From assembly GCA_963745075.1 (NCBI GenBank), contig CAVUWV010000010.1:256001-320000 (forward strand): DNA of 64,000 nt. The letters are read 5' to 3'. The notes below the pieces were generated by a model. That model was not told the DNA's origin, ran no database searches, and worked only from the letters and a program-made list of their open reading frames with translations. Made by a program: the position numbers and the translations under genes. Shown piece by piece: positions 20,200-30,773 of the stretch (position 1 is the stretch's first letter; the number at the start of each line of letters is the position of its first letter). Source of the stretch: Candidatus Hydrogenedentota bacterium (GTDB taxonomy: Bacteria; Hydrogenedentota; Hydrogenedentia; Hydrogenedentales; SLHB01).

Positions 20200-22686
20200 G
20201 TGGAGCAGACCAATCGACCGTCGGAATCGCGCTCGTACGCCGAGGCGCTTCAACAGCTTTCCGTGCGATACGAACAGCTCGTTCGAAGCATCTCCATCCT
20301 CCACGAAATCGACGAAATCGACGACCCCGGTTTGGAAGTTTCGGAGATTTGCACGCGACTCGTAGACGCGCTGGCCGCGGGTCTCGCCGCCGAGAATTGT
20401 TCCTTGACCATGTTGGACGAGCGAGGAGAATTTCTGGAACTACGTGCCGCTTCCAGTCCCTTTGAGAATGTGAGCAAGTATTTTGGTTCCGGCGAATGGC
20501 ACGGCAAAAAGTTTCGGACGGACGAGGGCATCATCGGGAAAACCGTTCAGACCGGCCAACCGATCCGCATTGAAGACGTAACCCAGCACCAGGCGTTCGT
20601 TCAGGTCAAAGGCAGCCCCGTGGAATTGCGTTCGCTGATGTGCTTTCCCATCCGCCTCGCGGGCAAGACCGTCGGCGCAATGAGTTTGAGTCACTCCTCT
20701 CCGGGTTTTTTCACCTTGGAAAGTGAGAAGACCATGGAACTCGTGGCGGATCGCGCTGGACGGCTGTTGACCGGTCACATGCTGCGCGAGCGCCTGCGGG
20801 ACGCAGAACAACACTATCGGCTCCTGATGAGAGACGCCGCCGACGCCATTCTGGTCTTCGGGATCAAGGGGGACGTGGTTAGCGCGAATCCCGCCGTCGA
20901 AGCGATTACCGGTGTTGCCGTCGACGACCTTATTGCCGGCACGACAACGTGGGATTCGGGCGTTCATGAGGAAGACCTTCCCAAGTTCAACGAATATCGC
21001 GAACGCATTCTCACCTCGGAGGAGACAGTCGCAGTCGATTACCGGTATCGCGACGCTTCCGATGCCATCCACTATCTGGAAGAGCGCGGCTCCACCATGC
21101 GCGATGCCAAAGGCAACTGCACCGGAATTATCTCGGTCATTCGCGACGAGACGGAGCGTAAACTCGCCGACCGCGAACACCGCCGGCTCGCCACGGCGAT
21201 CGAGCAAGCCGCTGAGAGCATCGTAATCACGAACACAGACGGACTTATCGAGTACGTCAATCCGGCCTTCGAACGAATCACCGGCTACACACGCGACGAG
21301 GCGATTGGGCAGAACTCCCGAATTCTGAAGAGCGGTCGACAAGAACGTTCCGTTTATGAAAGCCTCTGGGAAACCATCATGCGCGGCGACGTCTGGACCG
21401 GCCGGCTGGTTAACAAGAAGAAAGACGGCACCCACTACACCGAAGACCTCGTAATCTCCCCGGTCCGCGACGAAGTCGGGACCATCACGCATTTCGTAGC
21501 GGTCAAACGGGATGTCACGCAGGAAGTCAACCTCGAGAACCAGCTCCAACAGGCCCACAAGATGGAAGCGGTCGGCCAGCTCGCCGGTGGGGTGGCGCAT
21601 GACTTCAATAACCTCCTCCAGGCCATCAGTGGCTACGCGCAGTTAGCCATGTCCTATATCGACACGGGCAGCGAGAGCCAGCGATTCTTGAAGGAGGTGC
21701 TGGACGCCTCGGAACGCGCCGGCGGCTTGACCCGGCAATTGCTCGCATTCAGCCGCCGGGAAGCGCTCCAACCCAAGGACATCAACCTTAATACGGTCAT
21801 CACCGACATGACCACGATGCTGCGTCGCATCATTGGTGAACATATCGATCTTCAGTTGGAAAGCGCTTCCGACCTCAAGACCGTCTGTGCCGACGCCGGC
21901 CAGATTGGGCAAGTCATCATCAATCTATGTGTGAACGCGCGGGATGCCATGCCCGGCGGCGGTAAAATCGTCATCGAAACGCGAAACATGCGCGTGGACT
22001 CCGCCTTTACCCGCCTTCACCGCTGGGCTCGCGAGGGCGAACAGTACGTCCTCGTATCCGTCTCCGACACGGGCCAGGGGATGCCGCAACACATTCAAGC
22101 CCGCATCTTCGACCCCTTCTACACGACCAAGGATGTCGGCAAGGGAAGCGGGATGGGGCTTGCCATCGTCTACGGCATCATCAAGCAGCACGACGGCATG
22201 ATTACCGTCTACAGTGAGGAGGAGAAAGGCACCGTCTTCCGTGTGTATCTCCCCGCCGTGGATCGCCTGCCGGCCGAAGATGACAAGGCTCGAGACGCCG
22301 ACGCGCCCCGGGGACGCGGTGAAACCGTTCTGGTTGCCGAAGACGACAACAGCGTACGAAACTTGGCCACACACATCCTGACCATGGCCGGGTATCAGGT
22401 CCTCATCGCGCGCAACGGGGAAGAGGCCATTTCGGTTTTCGATAACCATTCCGACGGGATCGATCTGGCCGTGCTCGATGTCGTCATGCCGAAACGCAGC
22501 GGCCGCGACGTGTACGACCACATCCGCGCACGCTTTCCCGATTTACCCATCGTTTTCAGTAGCGGGTACAGTCTCAGCGTCCTGGACAACAAGTTCATCG
22601 AGAAGTCCAACGCCCACACGATCGAGAAGCCCTACAGCCAAAAGGCGCTTCTGGAGATCGTCCGTTCCGCACTCGGCAAAGGTTAG
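20200..22686 (+). CDS. Hybrid sensor histidine kinase (GAF-PAS-PAS-HisKA-HATPase-REC)
   Basis: LAGGVAHDFNNLL H-box, NARDAM, DTGQGM, FDPFYTTK, GSGMGL, C-terminal receiver domain (EDD...LDVVMP...KP). Confidence 0.95.
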   Translation: MEQTNRPSESRSYAEALQQLSVRYEQLVRSISILHEIDEIDDPGLEVSEICTRLVDALAAGLAAENCSLTMLDERGEFLELRAASSPFENVSKYFGSGEWHGKKFRTDEGIIGKTVQTGQPIRIEDVTQHQAFVQVKGSPVELRSLMCFPIRLAGKTVGAMSLSHSSPGFFTLESEKTMELVADRAGRLLTGHMLRERLRDAEQHYRLLMRDAADAILVFGIKGDVVSANPAVEAITGVAVDDLIAGTTTWDSGVHEEDLPKFNEYRERILTSEETVAVDYRYRDASDAIHYLEERGSTMRDAKGNCTGIISVIRDETERKLADREHRRLATAIEQAAESIVITNTDGLIEYVNPAFERITGYTRDEAIGQNSRILKSGRQERSVYESLWETIMRGDVWTGRLVNKKKDGTHYTEDLVISPVRDEVGTITHFVAVKRDVTQEVNLENQLQQAHKMEAVGQLAGGVAHDFNNLLQAISGYAQLAMSYIDTGSESQRFLKEVLDASERAGGLTRQLLAFSRREALQPKDINLNTVITDMTTMLRRIIGEHIDLQLESASDLKTVCADAGQIGQVIINLCVNARDAMPGGGKIVIETRNMRVDSAFTRLHRWAREGEQYVLVSVSDTGQGMPQHIQARIFDPFYTTKDVGKGSGMGLAIVYGIIKQHDGMITVYSEEEKGTVFRVYLPAVDRLPAEDDKARDADAPRGRGETVLVAEDDNSVRNLATHILTMAGYQVLIARNGEEAISVFDNHSDGIDLAVLDVVMPKRSGRDVYDHIRARFPDLPIVFSSGYSLSVLDNKFIEKSNAHTIEKPYSQKALLEIVRSALGKG

Positions 22687-22730
22687 TCGGGAACCGAGCG
22701 CCGCTGCACTGTCTTGGCCTCAACGAGACG

Positions 22731-22772
22731 AAAAAAGAGAACGGGAGAAGACCCCGTCGGGTCTTCTCCCGT
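22731..22772 (-). terminator. Rho-independent terminator between convergent genes
   Basis: 14-bp perfect stem acgggagaagaccc/gggtcttctcccgt with an A-tract on the left (U-tract on the minus strand). Confidence 0.8.
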
Positions 22773-22843
22773 TATGCGTTCGATGCACTGCATTACCGAC
22801 TCGCGCCAATCGCGGCGGGAAGCGGGCGCGTTGCCGGCGCGTA

Positions 22844-23659
22844 TTACGCCTTAGTGCGCTTGGCGCGACGCAAGAACAGCCCCGCCAGTCCCAGTCCCAT
22901 CAGCGACAGCGTCGTGGGTTCGGGAACAATCGTTTCACTGCCGCTCAACACGGCCCATTCCTCGAAACCGTCGGAGGTGTTATAGTTGCCATTCGGTAAT
23001 CCCATGCCCGGATCCACACCCAAACCGCCGAAATGTGAGTACAGCGTGATCACGGCGGAGTCTTGATAAGCCGCGAACGACGAATTAGGAATGTACAGGA
23101 ACATGTCTCCCGAACCGCTACCCGTATTCAAGGCATAATTCAGACCAACGGCGCTGTCGCCGCCGGCGTCCATGCGATACACCAAGGTTCCGTCGTGGTC
23201 AAGAACACCACCCGTGAAGCTGGTTACGTTGCTGTTCGCCGTGCCGCCGACAAAGAGTTGGACTTCGTCGAGCGACAAATACTGGTCCAACGACGCATTG
23301 TTGTTCTCGTTGATATCCAACAAGAACTGGCGATAGAACGTGCCGCCGACGTCGACGACCGGAACGTCCCCCAGCGTAATTGAGTGATTGAAGTTGTCCG
23401 CTGAGCCGTTGTCGAACACGTTGTTTACTGTCGTATTATACGCTTGGCTCTGCGTACTGTTGGTGGACACCTGCTCGAACGAGTCGATCACGCCCGTACC
23501 GGTCGACTGAGGGTTGATTTGCTGGTAAATTGCTCCATTGATTGTCCCACTCGCCCCTGCCGTCGTGAGATTGACAATGGTAGCCCCTGCGGACTGAGCC
23601 GCAATGGCCATGAGCACCACTAACGTGCTCTGCACCAGTAATTTCCATTTCCCCGCCAT
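22844..23659 (-). CDS. PEP-CTERM sorting domain-containing surface protein
   Basis: Signal peptide; C-terminal VPEPTTLSLMGLGLAGLFLRRAKR. Confidence 0.93.
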   Translation of the reverse strand: MAGKWKLLVQSTLVVLMAIAAQSAGATIVNLTTAGASGTINGAIYQQINPQSTGTGVIDSFEQVSTNSTQSQAYNTTVNNVFDNGSADNFNHSITLGDVPVVDVGGTFYRQFLLDINENNNASLDQYLSLDEVQLFVGGTANSNVTSFTGGVLDHDGTLVYRMDAGGDSAVGLNYALNTGSGSGDMFLYIPNSSFAAYQDSAVITLYSHFGGLGVDPGMGLPNGNYNTSDGFEEWAVLSGSETIVPEPTTLSLMGLGLAGLFLRRAKRTKA

Positions 23660-23714
23660 ATTCCATCTCCTTAAGATTTAACATTTCCATAACTTTACGC
23701 AGCCGGCAGTAATA

Positions 23715-23733
23715 TAAGCAATTAGTGGGCCAA
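23715..23733 (-). promoter_or_regulatory. Sigma-54 promoter of the PEP-CTERM gene
   Basis: Minus strand reads TTGGCCCACTAATTGCTTA, matching TGGCAC-N5-TTGC, about 56 nt upstream of the ATG. Confidence 0.7.
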
Positions 23734-24195
23734 GTGCGTTCGAGCGACATGGTTTGCGGGTATCTCGTTGAATTCTGTGGCTTGTTGTCACTCGCAAGTC
23801 TTTGGAAATAAATGCGTTGTTTGGACTCGGCATCGAACCGGTGACCGGCAATCTCAAAACCCGGTTCACGGGAACTTCAATGACCTCTCGGTTGGACGGT
23901 ATCAAGGATTCGCGGAAATGAATAATAGTTGTGCATAGGTGACCAATAATTGCAAACCTTAGTTAATCAATTGTCAATACCAGCTTTCCTCCGTCAATGT
24001 GCGAATTCTTCCGTGGGCACGCTATGCGATGACTCGCAGTCGCTTCCTCGCGCACGGCCATTAATGGTCACGAGTGACCAACCGTATGCGCTCGGTAAAC
24101 TGCTCCGGCGCTGGATCGGGTTCGAGGCTGTATGGCGGGCGACCACGAAAATAACTTCTGTCGAGCGGGAAGGTTTGCGGCCGTTTTGGTCCGTC

Positions 24196-25752
24196 TTACC
24201 GGATTCGCCGAAAGATGCTCCGCGCATTGTTTCCACAAATCCGCCGTTTCTCTTCGTCCGCGATATCGGCGAGCGTCACGCGTCCCAGTTCCCACGCGAA
24301 GTCGAACATGGGGAAATCCGACCCGTAGAGAATCTTGTCCGCGCCCACGAAATCGATGAGCTTCCGCAGCGCCCCCCGGTGCGCCGCCGAACCCGAGAGA
24401 TCTACGTACAGATTGGGCGTCGTCTGCACGCGCGCGTACAACGCCCGGCCATCCGCGCTGTCCCCGTTCCACAAGCATGCGTGCGCCATGATGAAGTTGG
24501 CGTTCGGGTACTGGAGGCAGATGCCGTCCCAGTCGTCCATCCCCCCGCCGTGAACCAGCACGGGCAAATCGTTTTCGTTGGCAAAGGCCAGGCATTTCGC
24601 GTAGCCCTTTTCGTGCAACTGTGCGCCGTGGAGATAACAATGAAGCTTGAGCCCGACGAAGTTCGAGCCGTCCCGCAGGTAACGTGTCACGTCCGCGAGG
24701 CTACCTTGTGGATCGTTCGGGTTCACGACGACGTATCCGTACAACCGCTCGGGATACTCCGCAACCCAATTCGCCGTTTCCTGGTTGCCGGCGCGCGTCT
24801 CTCCGTGAATGGCCGCGAAACTGCTCATGACAAATTTGTCGATTCCGCAACGGTCCATGGACCGCAGGAAGGCCTCGGGACTCTTCAACGGCGTCGTCGT
24901 CCGTTCCCACGACCCGCAATGACCGTGCACGTCGATGACGGGTACAGCAGACTTGATCGCGTCGACCGCAAGGGAAGGGCAGGTATCTTCGACCGGTTCG
25001 ACATTCAGAATCCGCCGTGCATTACCGCTCGCCATCAACGCCAACGCCGTCGGCTCGATACTCGCGGCGAGAGTCTGAGCGGTCACACATTCCGCGGCCC
25101 GCCGGGGCAATCCCGATCCGAAGAGAAATTGTTCGGCGAATCCGAATTGTGCCGTTTGCTCGAAGAAGTCGGGGGGGAGGAACGCGCTATATTCGAAGTA
25201 AACATTCGGCGTGGAATAAAGCAGACCTTCAACCGCCCGCGCATCGCCGACCGTAACGCCGGGCACGACGATATTGAGTTGGGGATAGCGTTCGGCCAGG
25301 GATTGAATGGTTCCCCATGGGATGACGTTCTGCGACCAATGTCGAATCCCGTAATCCAGTAGCAGCGGCATGCCCGCGCTTTCCAGCTCCTCAAAAAGCT
25401 GGCCCACGCACCAATCTTCCAAGGGATAGAGGCTGTGCAGCGGCACCATCCGTGCGGCATGGACCCCGCGCTCCCGGGCCGTCGCCACCCAAGACTCGGC
25501 GTCCGGTAAATCCCCCAGGTACGAGGGCGCCATGACCCAACAAGGATAGAGATTGTCATGATGTGCCAACGCCTCGAGCAACAACTCGTTGCCCATCATG
25601 ACGTCGCCTTCCGCTGCCAGCGCGTGATAGACCAGCGCCTCGCCGATTCCCAGGCGTTTCAATTCCGCCTGCAACGCGTCCGCGTCATCGAACGAGCCGC
25701 CTACCGGTTGCGCGAACCGCCCCAACGCCACGTTCATGTCGAGAAAAGCCAT
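24196..25752 (-). CDS. Tandem amidohydrolase_2 family protein (two fused TIM-barrel domains)
   Basis: C-domain IDVHGH, GLKLH, VLVH, IMAH, YGSDFP; N-domain homologous with LFGSGLP but no HxH; AGGAGG RBS. Confidence 0.88.
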   Translation of the reverse strand: MAFLDMNVALGRFAQPVGGSFDDADALQAELKRLGIGEALVYHALAAEGDVMMGNELLLEALAHHDNLYPCWVMAPSYLGDLPDAESWVATARERGVHAARMVPLHSLYPLEDWCVGQLFEELESAGMPLLLDYGIRHWSQNVIPWGTIQSLAERYPQLNIVVPGVTVGDARAVEGLLYSTPNVYFEYSAFLPPDFFEQTAQFGFAEQFLFGSGLPRRAAECVTAQTLAASIEPTALALMASGNARRILNVEPVEDTCPSLAVDAIKSAVPVIDVHGHCGSWERTTTPLKSPEAFLRSMDRCGIDKFVMSSFAAIHGETRAGNQETANWVAEYPERLYGYVVVNPNDPQGSLADVTRYLRDGSNFVGLKLHCYLHGAQLHEKGYAKCLAFANENDLPVLVHGGGMDDWDGICLQYPNANFIMAHACLWNGDSADGRALYARVQTTPNLYVDLSGSAAHRGALRKLIDFVGADKILYGSDFPMFDFAWELGRVTLADIADEEKRRICGNNARSIFRRIR

Positions 25753-25855
25753 AGTCCTCCTTCGTATTCGATTGGCGTCACTTACCCCAAAGGCTATCAC
25801 GCACTCCAGAGTACCGGCAACTGCGCCTCCAAGCGCGCTCGCCAGTAGCTATTCG

Positions 25856-25900
25856 CGGATCGGACCGATCGGACGGATCGGTCCGATGGGTCCGATCCGG
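25856..25900. repeat. Short 9-nt-period tandem/inverted repeats (cggaccgat type); a second cluster lies at about 32300-32328
   Basis: cggatcggaccgatcggacggatcggtccgatgggtccgat. Confidence 0.7.
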
Positions 25901-26104
25901 TCGGCCGCCCGGGCTCATTGGCAATCCACCACTTGTCGTGATCTATAATCCATTTCCGAGTGTCGGCTGTGTGCGAACGCCGGTGCTCACGTTCGGGCAC
26001 GATAACCATCGAAGTGCATTTCCGTGACTCTTCCTGGTTAGAACCACCGGATTCCCGTTCCCTACTTTCTGCGTGAACGGGGACCGCTAGAAGGAGAGGA
26101 AGCA

Positions 26105-27445
26105 ATGGCCAACGAATCTCATCCTGGTGGCGCCGTCCGCGGCACCGTGAGTCGCCGCCAATTCCTGAAGCGTGGCGCGGCTGGCGCGGCCGCTGTGGCT
26201 GCGTTGCCCAACATCATTACGTCCAAAGCTCTGGGTGCGGAAGGTGCAACGCCCGCGAGCGACCGCCTCGTCCTGGGCATGATCGGGATGGGCAAGATGA
26301 TGGGGGGCCACGTCGGCAGCTTCCTCGGCACGCCGAGCTGTCAGATTGCGGCTATCTGCGACGTGGAGACGCGCCGCCTGGACGCCAACAAGGCACGCAT
26401 CGAAGAGTCGTACGCACAGCGTGACGGTCAGGGTTCCTACAAGGGCTGCGACGTATACGGCGACTTCCGCGAACTGCTCGCGCGCGACGATATCGACGCG
26501 GTCGTTGTCGCAACCCCCGAGCATTGGCACGCGCTGATTGTGGTCCAGGCCGCGAAGGCCGGTAAGGATATCTATTGCGAAAAGCCCCTTTCCCACACGA
26601 TTCACGAGGCCCGCGCCATGGTCAACGCGGTCCGGCGGTATGGCCGCGTCTTTCAGACCGGCAGCCAGCAGCGGTCCAGCCGCGAATTCCGTGTCGCATG
26701 CGAACTGGTGCAAAACGGCCACATCGGGAAGATCCAGACGGTCCACGTCAATGTGGGGGGGCCGCCTGTCGACTGCTACCTCCCACCCGAACCGACGCCG
26801 GAAACCCTGAACTGGGACATGTGGCTGGGACCCGCGCCGTATCGTCCCTATAACTCCGACATCGCGCCGCCGATGGAGTTCGAGGGCTGGCCGAACTGGC
26901 GCGCGTACCGCGACTATTCCGGCGGCATGATGTGCGACTGGGGCGCGCACCACTTCGATATCGCCCAGTGGGGCCTCGGCATGGACGGCACCGGGCCGGT
27001 CGAAATCTACCCACCCGGCACCGGCGGCTACGACCTGCTTACCTACAAATACGCCAACGGCGTCGTCATGCAGCACGGTGGCGGCACGGGCGGCCGCGCG
27101 GGAGTCGAGTTCATCGGCACCGACGGACGGGTGATGGTCAACCGCGGATACATCGAAACCGATCCGCCGTCCATTCTTGAAACGCCGCTCAAACCCGACG
27201 ACATTCACCTCTATCACAGCGACAACCATCACGATAATTGGCTGCAATGCATTCGCACGCGCAACAAGCCGATCTGCGACGTGGCCATCGGATGCAGTTC
27301 CATCATCGTCTGTCACTTGGGCAATACCGCATATCGCCTCAAACGTCCGCTGAAATGGGATCCCGATGCAGAGCACTACGTGGACGATGACGAGGCCAAT
27401 CGCACGCTGAAGCGGCCCATGCGCAGCCCCTGGACCTTGGCATGA
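26105..27445 (+). CDS. Gfo/Idh/MocA family oxidoreductase, Tat-exported
   Basis: SRRQFLK Tat motif, IGMGKM, ATPEHWH, YCEKP, GSQQRS, DWGAHHFD. Confidence 0.95.
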   Translation: MANESHPGGAVRGTVSRRQFLKRGAAGAAAVAALPNIITSKALGAEGATPASDRLVLGMIGMGKMMGGHVGSFLGTPSCQIAAICDVETRRLDANKARIEESYAQRDGQGSYKGCDVYGDFRELLARDDIDAVVVATPEHWHALIVVQAAKAGKDIYCEKPLSHTIHEARAMVNAVRRYGRVFQTGSQQRSSREFRVACELVQNGHIGKIQTVHVNVGGPPVDCYLPPEPTPETLNWDMWLGPAPYRPYNSDIAPPMEFEGWPNWRAYRDYSGGMMCDWGAHHFDIAQWGLGMDGTGPVEIYPPGTGGYDLLTYKYANGVVMQHGGGTGGRAGVEFIGTDGRVMVNRGYIETDPPSILETPLKPDDIHLYHSDNHHDNWLQCIRTRNKPICDVAIGCSSIIVCHLGNTAYRLKRPLKWDPDAEHYVDDDEANRTLKRPMRSPWTLA

Positions 27446-27549
27446 GTACGGCACAAGGTAAGCAGAACGGGACTGACATCGTCTTTCGCGGAGGCTTTGC
27501 GGAACGAAACACGGTGTCTTTCCCTTGCTTCATATCGAAGGAGAATGTC

Positions 27550-30500
27550 ATGAAACGCGGAGTTTCCCTCATTGCCTGTTTGTTTGTGGCGGCCGGCCTC
27601 TTCGCCGGGGTCGCCGGTGCACAAACACCTGAACAGATCGATAACGTGAAGAAGGCCTTGCCGGCCAAGCCAACGGTCGAACCGGCGAAACCGCGCACGC
27701 TGCTGATCTTCACGCTCTGCAAGGGGTTCGTACACAGTTCGATCCCGCTCGGCGCGGAGACGTTCAGGCTGATGGGCGAGAAGACCGGCGCTTACACCGC
27801 TACCGTCAGCGACGACGTATCCATGTTTGCGCCCGATAAGCTCAATGATTTCGATGCCGTCTGCATGATGAACACGACGGGCGAGTTGTTCGAAGACCCC
27901 GCCCTGAAGCAGAGCCTTCTCGATTTCGTGAAAGGCGGCAAAGGCATCATCGGGATTCATGCCGCCACCGACTGCTCGTATCAATGGCCGGAGTACGGCG
28001 AAATGATGGGCGGTTACTTCGACGGGCATCCCTGGGGCGCCGGCGACACCGTGACGCTCAAGATCGACGATCCCCTTAACCCCGTCTGCGCCGCGTTTCA
28101 TGGACACGGCCTCAGCATCCAGGACGAGATTTATCAGTTCAAGGATCCCTATTCGCGCGACGCGTTGCGCGTACTCGTCAGCATCGATACCGACAAGACC
28201 GACATGAACAAGAATGGGATCAAGCGCACCGATGCCGATTTTGCCGTGTCGTGGATACACAAATACGGCGAAGGCCGGGTCTTCTACTGTTCCCTCGGTC
28301 ACAACGATGCGGTTTTTTGGAATCCCGTAGTCTTGCAGCATTATCTCGACGGGATTCAGTTCGCCCTCGGCGATTTGCAGGCCGATGCCACACCCAGCGC
28401 GCAGCTTCCCGCTAGCTACTTTGCGGATGCCGAATCCAAAGCGATGGACGGAATTTTTGCGGATATCGCCCAGTGGGAACCTGGCAAAGACCCTTCCGCG
28501 CTCGAACTCATTACCGACAAGGTGGTGAAATCGCACGGCGATGAGGGCACGCGGGACGCGCTCGAACGCCGGTTGGATAATATCCTCCGGTCCGGCGACG
28601 CGACCTTCTACGGCAAGGAATACGCGGCCAAGCAGCTCTACCTCATGGGCACCCGCGATTCGATCTCCGTGCTCGCGCAACTCCTGCTCGATCCTGAGCA
28701 GTCCGACGACGCGCGTTATGCCCTCCAACAGATGGAACCGGGCCGGGCCGATGTCGCGCTGCACGATGCACTGCAAAACACGAGCGGCCCGGTGCGCATC
28801 GGCATCATCAACACCATTGGCGAACGGGGCAGCCCTCGCTCCGTCGACGATCTTTCGCGGTTCGCGGCCAGCGAAGACCTTGACACCGCGCGCGCGGCCA
28901 TTCGCGCCCTCGGCAAGATCGGCGGTCAGAGCGCCGTGGATGTCTTGACCCGCACGCAGGCGACCGTATCCGGACCGCTCGCGGTTGCGGTGGATGACGC
29001 CCTGCTCGAATGTGCCGATGCATTCGTGGCAAACGGGGACAACGAGTCGGCGGTCAAGATCTACTCGCTGATGTATGCCGCAGACGCGCCGGCGGTCGTG
29101 CGGCTTGCCGCATTGCAGGGGATGACTCGGGCGAAAGGGGAACAGGCCATCCCGACAATTATTGACGCGCTGTCCGGTACGGACGCCGACATCAAGTCAA
29201 GCGCCGCCTTCGCCGCGCAAGAGGTTTCCGGTGATAGCGCAACCAAACAACTCGCCGACGCCCTTGCGGGTCTTCCCGCCGACGGCAAGATCCTCTTGAT
29301 TCTTGCCTTGAAAGCCCGTGGCGACGCCACGGCATTGGACGCCGTCACGGCGGAACTCGACAGTGACGCCGCCGCCGTGCGAATCGCCGCGCTCGAAGCC
29401 CTGGCCGTCCTCGGCAACGATTCGTCAGTCGACCGGTTGGCGAACATAGCGGCGTCGGCGTCCGACGCAGAACAGCGAGCCGCCCGTCACGCGCTGGCGC
29501 TGCTGCGCGGTGCCGGTATCAACGGCGCTATCGTAACGGCCCTGAACACCGGCAACGACGGCGTTCGCGCCGAACTGGCCCGCGCTCTTGGGGCCCGCTA
29601 TGCCGAGGACGCTATCCCAACCTTGTTGAAAGCGGCTACCGACGAAAACGAAGCCGTTCGTACGCAAGCCTTCACGTCGTTGGGCGTGGTGGCCACCGCC
29701 GAACAGCTTCCCCAACTCGTGGACCTGCTCGCGAAGGAAAGCTCCGACGGCCCACGGGCCGAAGCGGAGCGCGCTACCATCGCCGCCCTGGGCCGCGGCG
29801 GAGAGCCTGCCGCGATGGCAGCGACCGTGCTGAATGCCTACGCCCAAGCTATGGACAACGTCCCCGTGCAGGCCTCGTTGATCCGCGTGCTCGGCCACAT
29901 CGTCGATGACGCATCACTTCGTGCTTTGCAGGACGCCACGCGGTCTCGCAATCTCGACGTGCAGATGGCGGCGGCCCGCGCCCTCTCCGATTGGCCCGCG
30001 ATTGCGCCGGCCGCCGACCTCCTGGACTTGGTCAAGACTACCAAGGACGGTGGTCTCGCGGACACCGCGCTCCGCGGCTATCTGAAGCTCGTGGAGCAGC
30101 CATCCGACAAATCCTCGGCAGATACGGTGAAGTTCTACCAGGACGCCTTCGCCGCAGCTCCCAGCGCGGACGCCAAGAAACTGGTTCTTGCGAGCGTCGG
30201 CCGCCAGACGGACGGCGGGCTCGTCAAACTCGTCGCGGAATACATGAACGATCCCGATGTGAAGGAAGAGGCCGCCGCCGCCATGAACAAGCTCCAGCAG
30301 GCGGCTTACGTTCCCACCGCGTCGAGCAACAACGATGAAGCCCGGAAAGCGCTGGACGGTGACCCCGCGACCCGATGGACGACCGGTACGGCCCAGAAAC
30401 CGGGGCAGTGGTACATGGTTGACGTTGGGTGGGAAGGCACCATCAGCAAGGTGACGTTGGATGCCGCGCCGTCGTCGGGCGATTATCCGCGCGGCTATGA

Positions 30501-30681
30501 AGTGTACGTGTCGGCCGACGGCCAGAACTGGGGCGAGCCGGTAGCCAAAGGCGCCGGCACCCAGGCGAAGACCGAGATCGCCTTCCTGCCTACCAAGGGC
30601 CGCTACGTGAAGATCGTGCAGACTGGTTCGACCGACGGCCTGTTCTGGTCCATCCACGAAATGAGCATCGATATCGAATAG
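27550..30681 (+). CDS. Secreted ThuA-like + HEAT-repeat + F5/8 type C (discoidin) protein
   Basis: Signal peptide; GFVHSSI, GIHAATD, FDGHPW, GRVFYCSLGH; about 600 aa of HEAT repeats; ALDGDPATRWTTG...WSIHE. Confidence 0.88.
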   Translation: MKRGVSLIACLFVAAGLFAGVAGAQTPEQIDNVKKALPAKPTVEPAKPRTLLIFTLCKGFVHSSIPLGAETFRLMGEKTGAYTATVSDDVSMFAPDKLNDFDAVCMMNTTGELFEDPALKQSLLDFVKGGKGIIGIHAATDCSYQWPEYGEMMGGYFDGHPWGAGDTVTLKIDDPLNPVCAAFHGHGLSIQDEIYQFKDPYSRDALRVLVSIDTDKTDMNKNGIKRTDADFAVSWIHKYGEGRVFYCSLGHNDAVFWNPVVLQHYLDGIQFALGDLQADATPSAQLPASYFADAESKAMDGIFADIAQWEPGKDPSALELITDKVVKSHGDEGTRDALERRLDNILRSGDATFYGKEYAAKQLYLMGTRDSISVLAQLLLDPEQSDDARYALQQMEPGRADVALHDALQNTSGPVRIGIINTIGERGSPRSVDDLSRFAASEDLDTARAAIRALGKIGGQSAVDVLTRTQATVSGPLAVAVDDALLECADAFVANGDNESAVKIYSLMYAADAPAVVRLAALQGMTRAKGEQAIPTIIDALSGTDADIKSSAAFAAQEVSGDSATKQLADALAGLPADGKILLILALKARGDATALDAVTAELDSDAAAVRIAALEALAVLGNDSSVDRLANIAASASDAEQRAARHALALLRGAGINGAIVTALNTGNDGVRAELARALGARYAEDAIPTLLKAATDENEAVRTQAFTSLGVVATAEQLPQLVDLLAKESSDGPRAEAERATIAALGRGGEPAAMAATVLNAYAQAMDNVPVQASLIRVLGHIVDDASLRALQDATRSRNLDVQMAAARALSDWPAIAPAADLLDLVKTTKDGGLADTALRGYLKLVEQPSDKSSADTVKFYQDAFAAAPSADAKKLVLASVGRQTDGGLVKLVAEYMNDPDVKEEAAAAMNKLQQAAYVPTASSNNDEARKALDGDPATRWTTGTAQKPGQWYMVDVGWEGTISKVTLDAAPSSGDYPRGYEVYVSADGQNWGEPVAKGAGTQAKTEIAFLPTKGRYVKIVQTGSTDGLFWSIHEMSIDIE

Positions 30682-30773
30682 GTGGAACAGCGCATATCGG
30701 GCGTCCTTGTTGTCCCTGATGTCTCTGCTGTCCTTGATTACATAGCGGCCAACTCAATGGCGAAGGAGTACCT

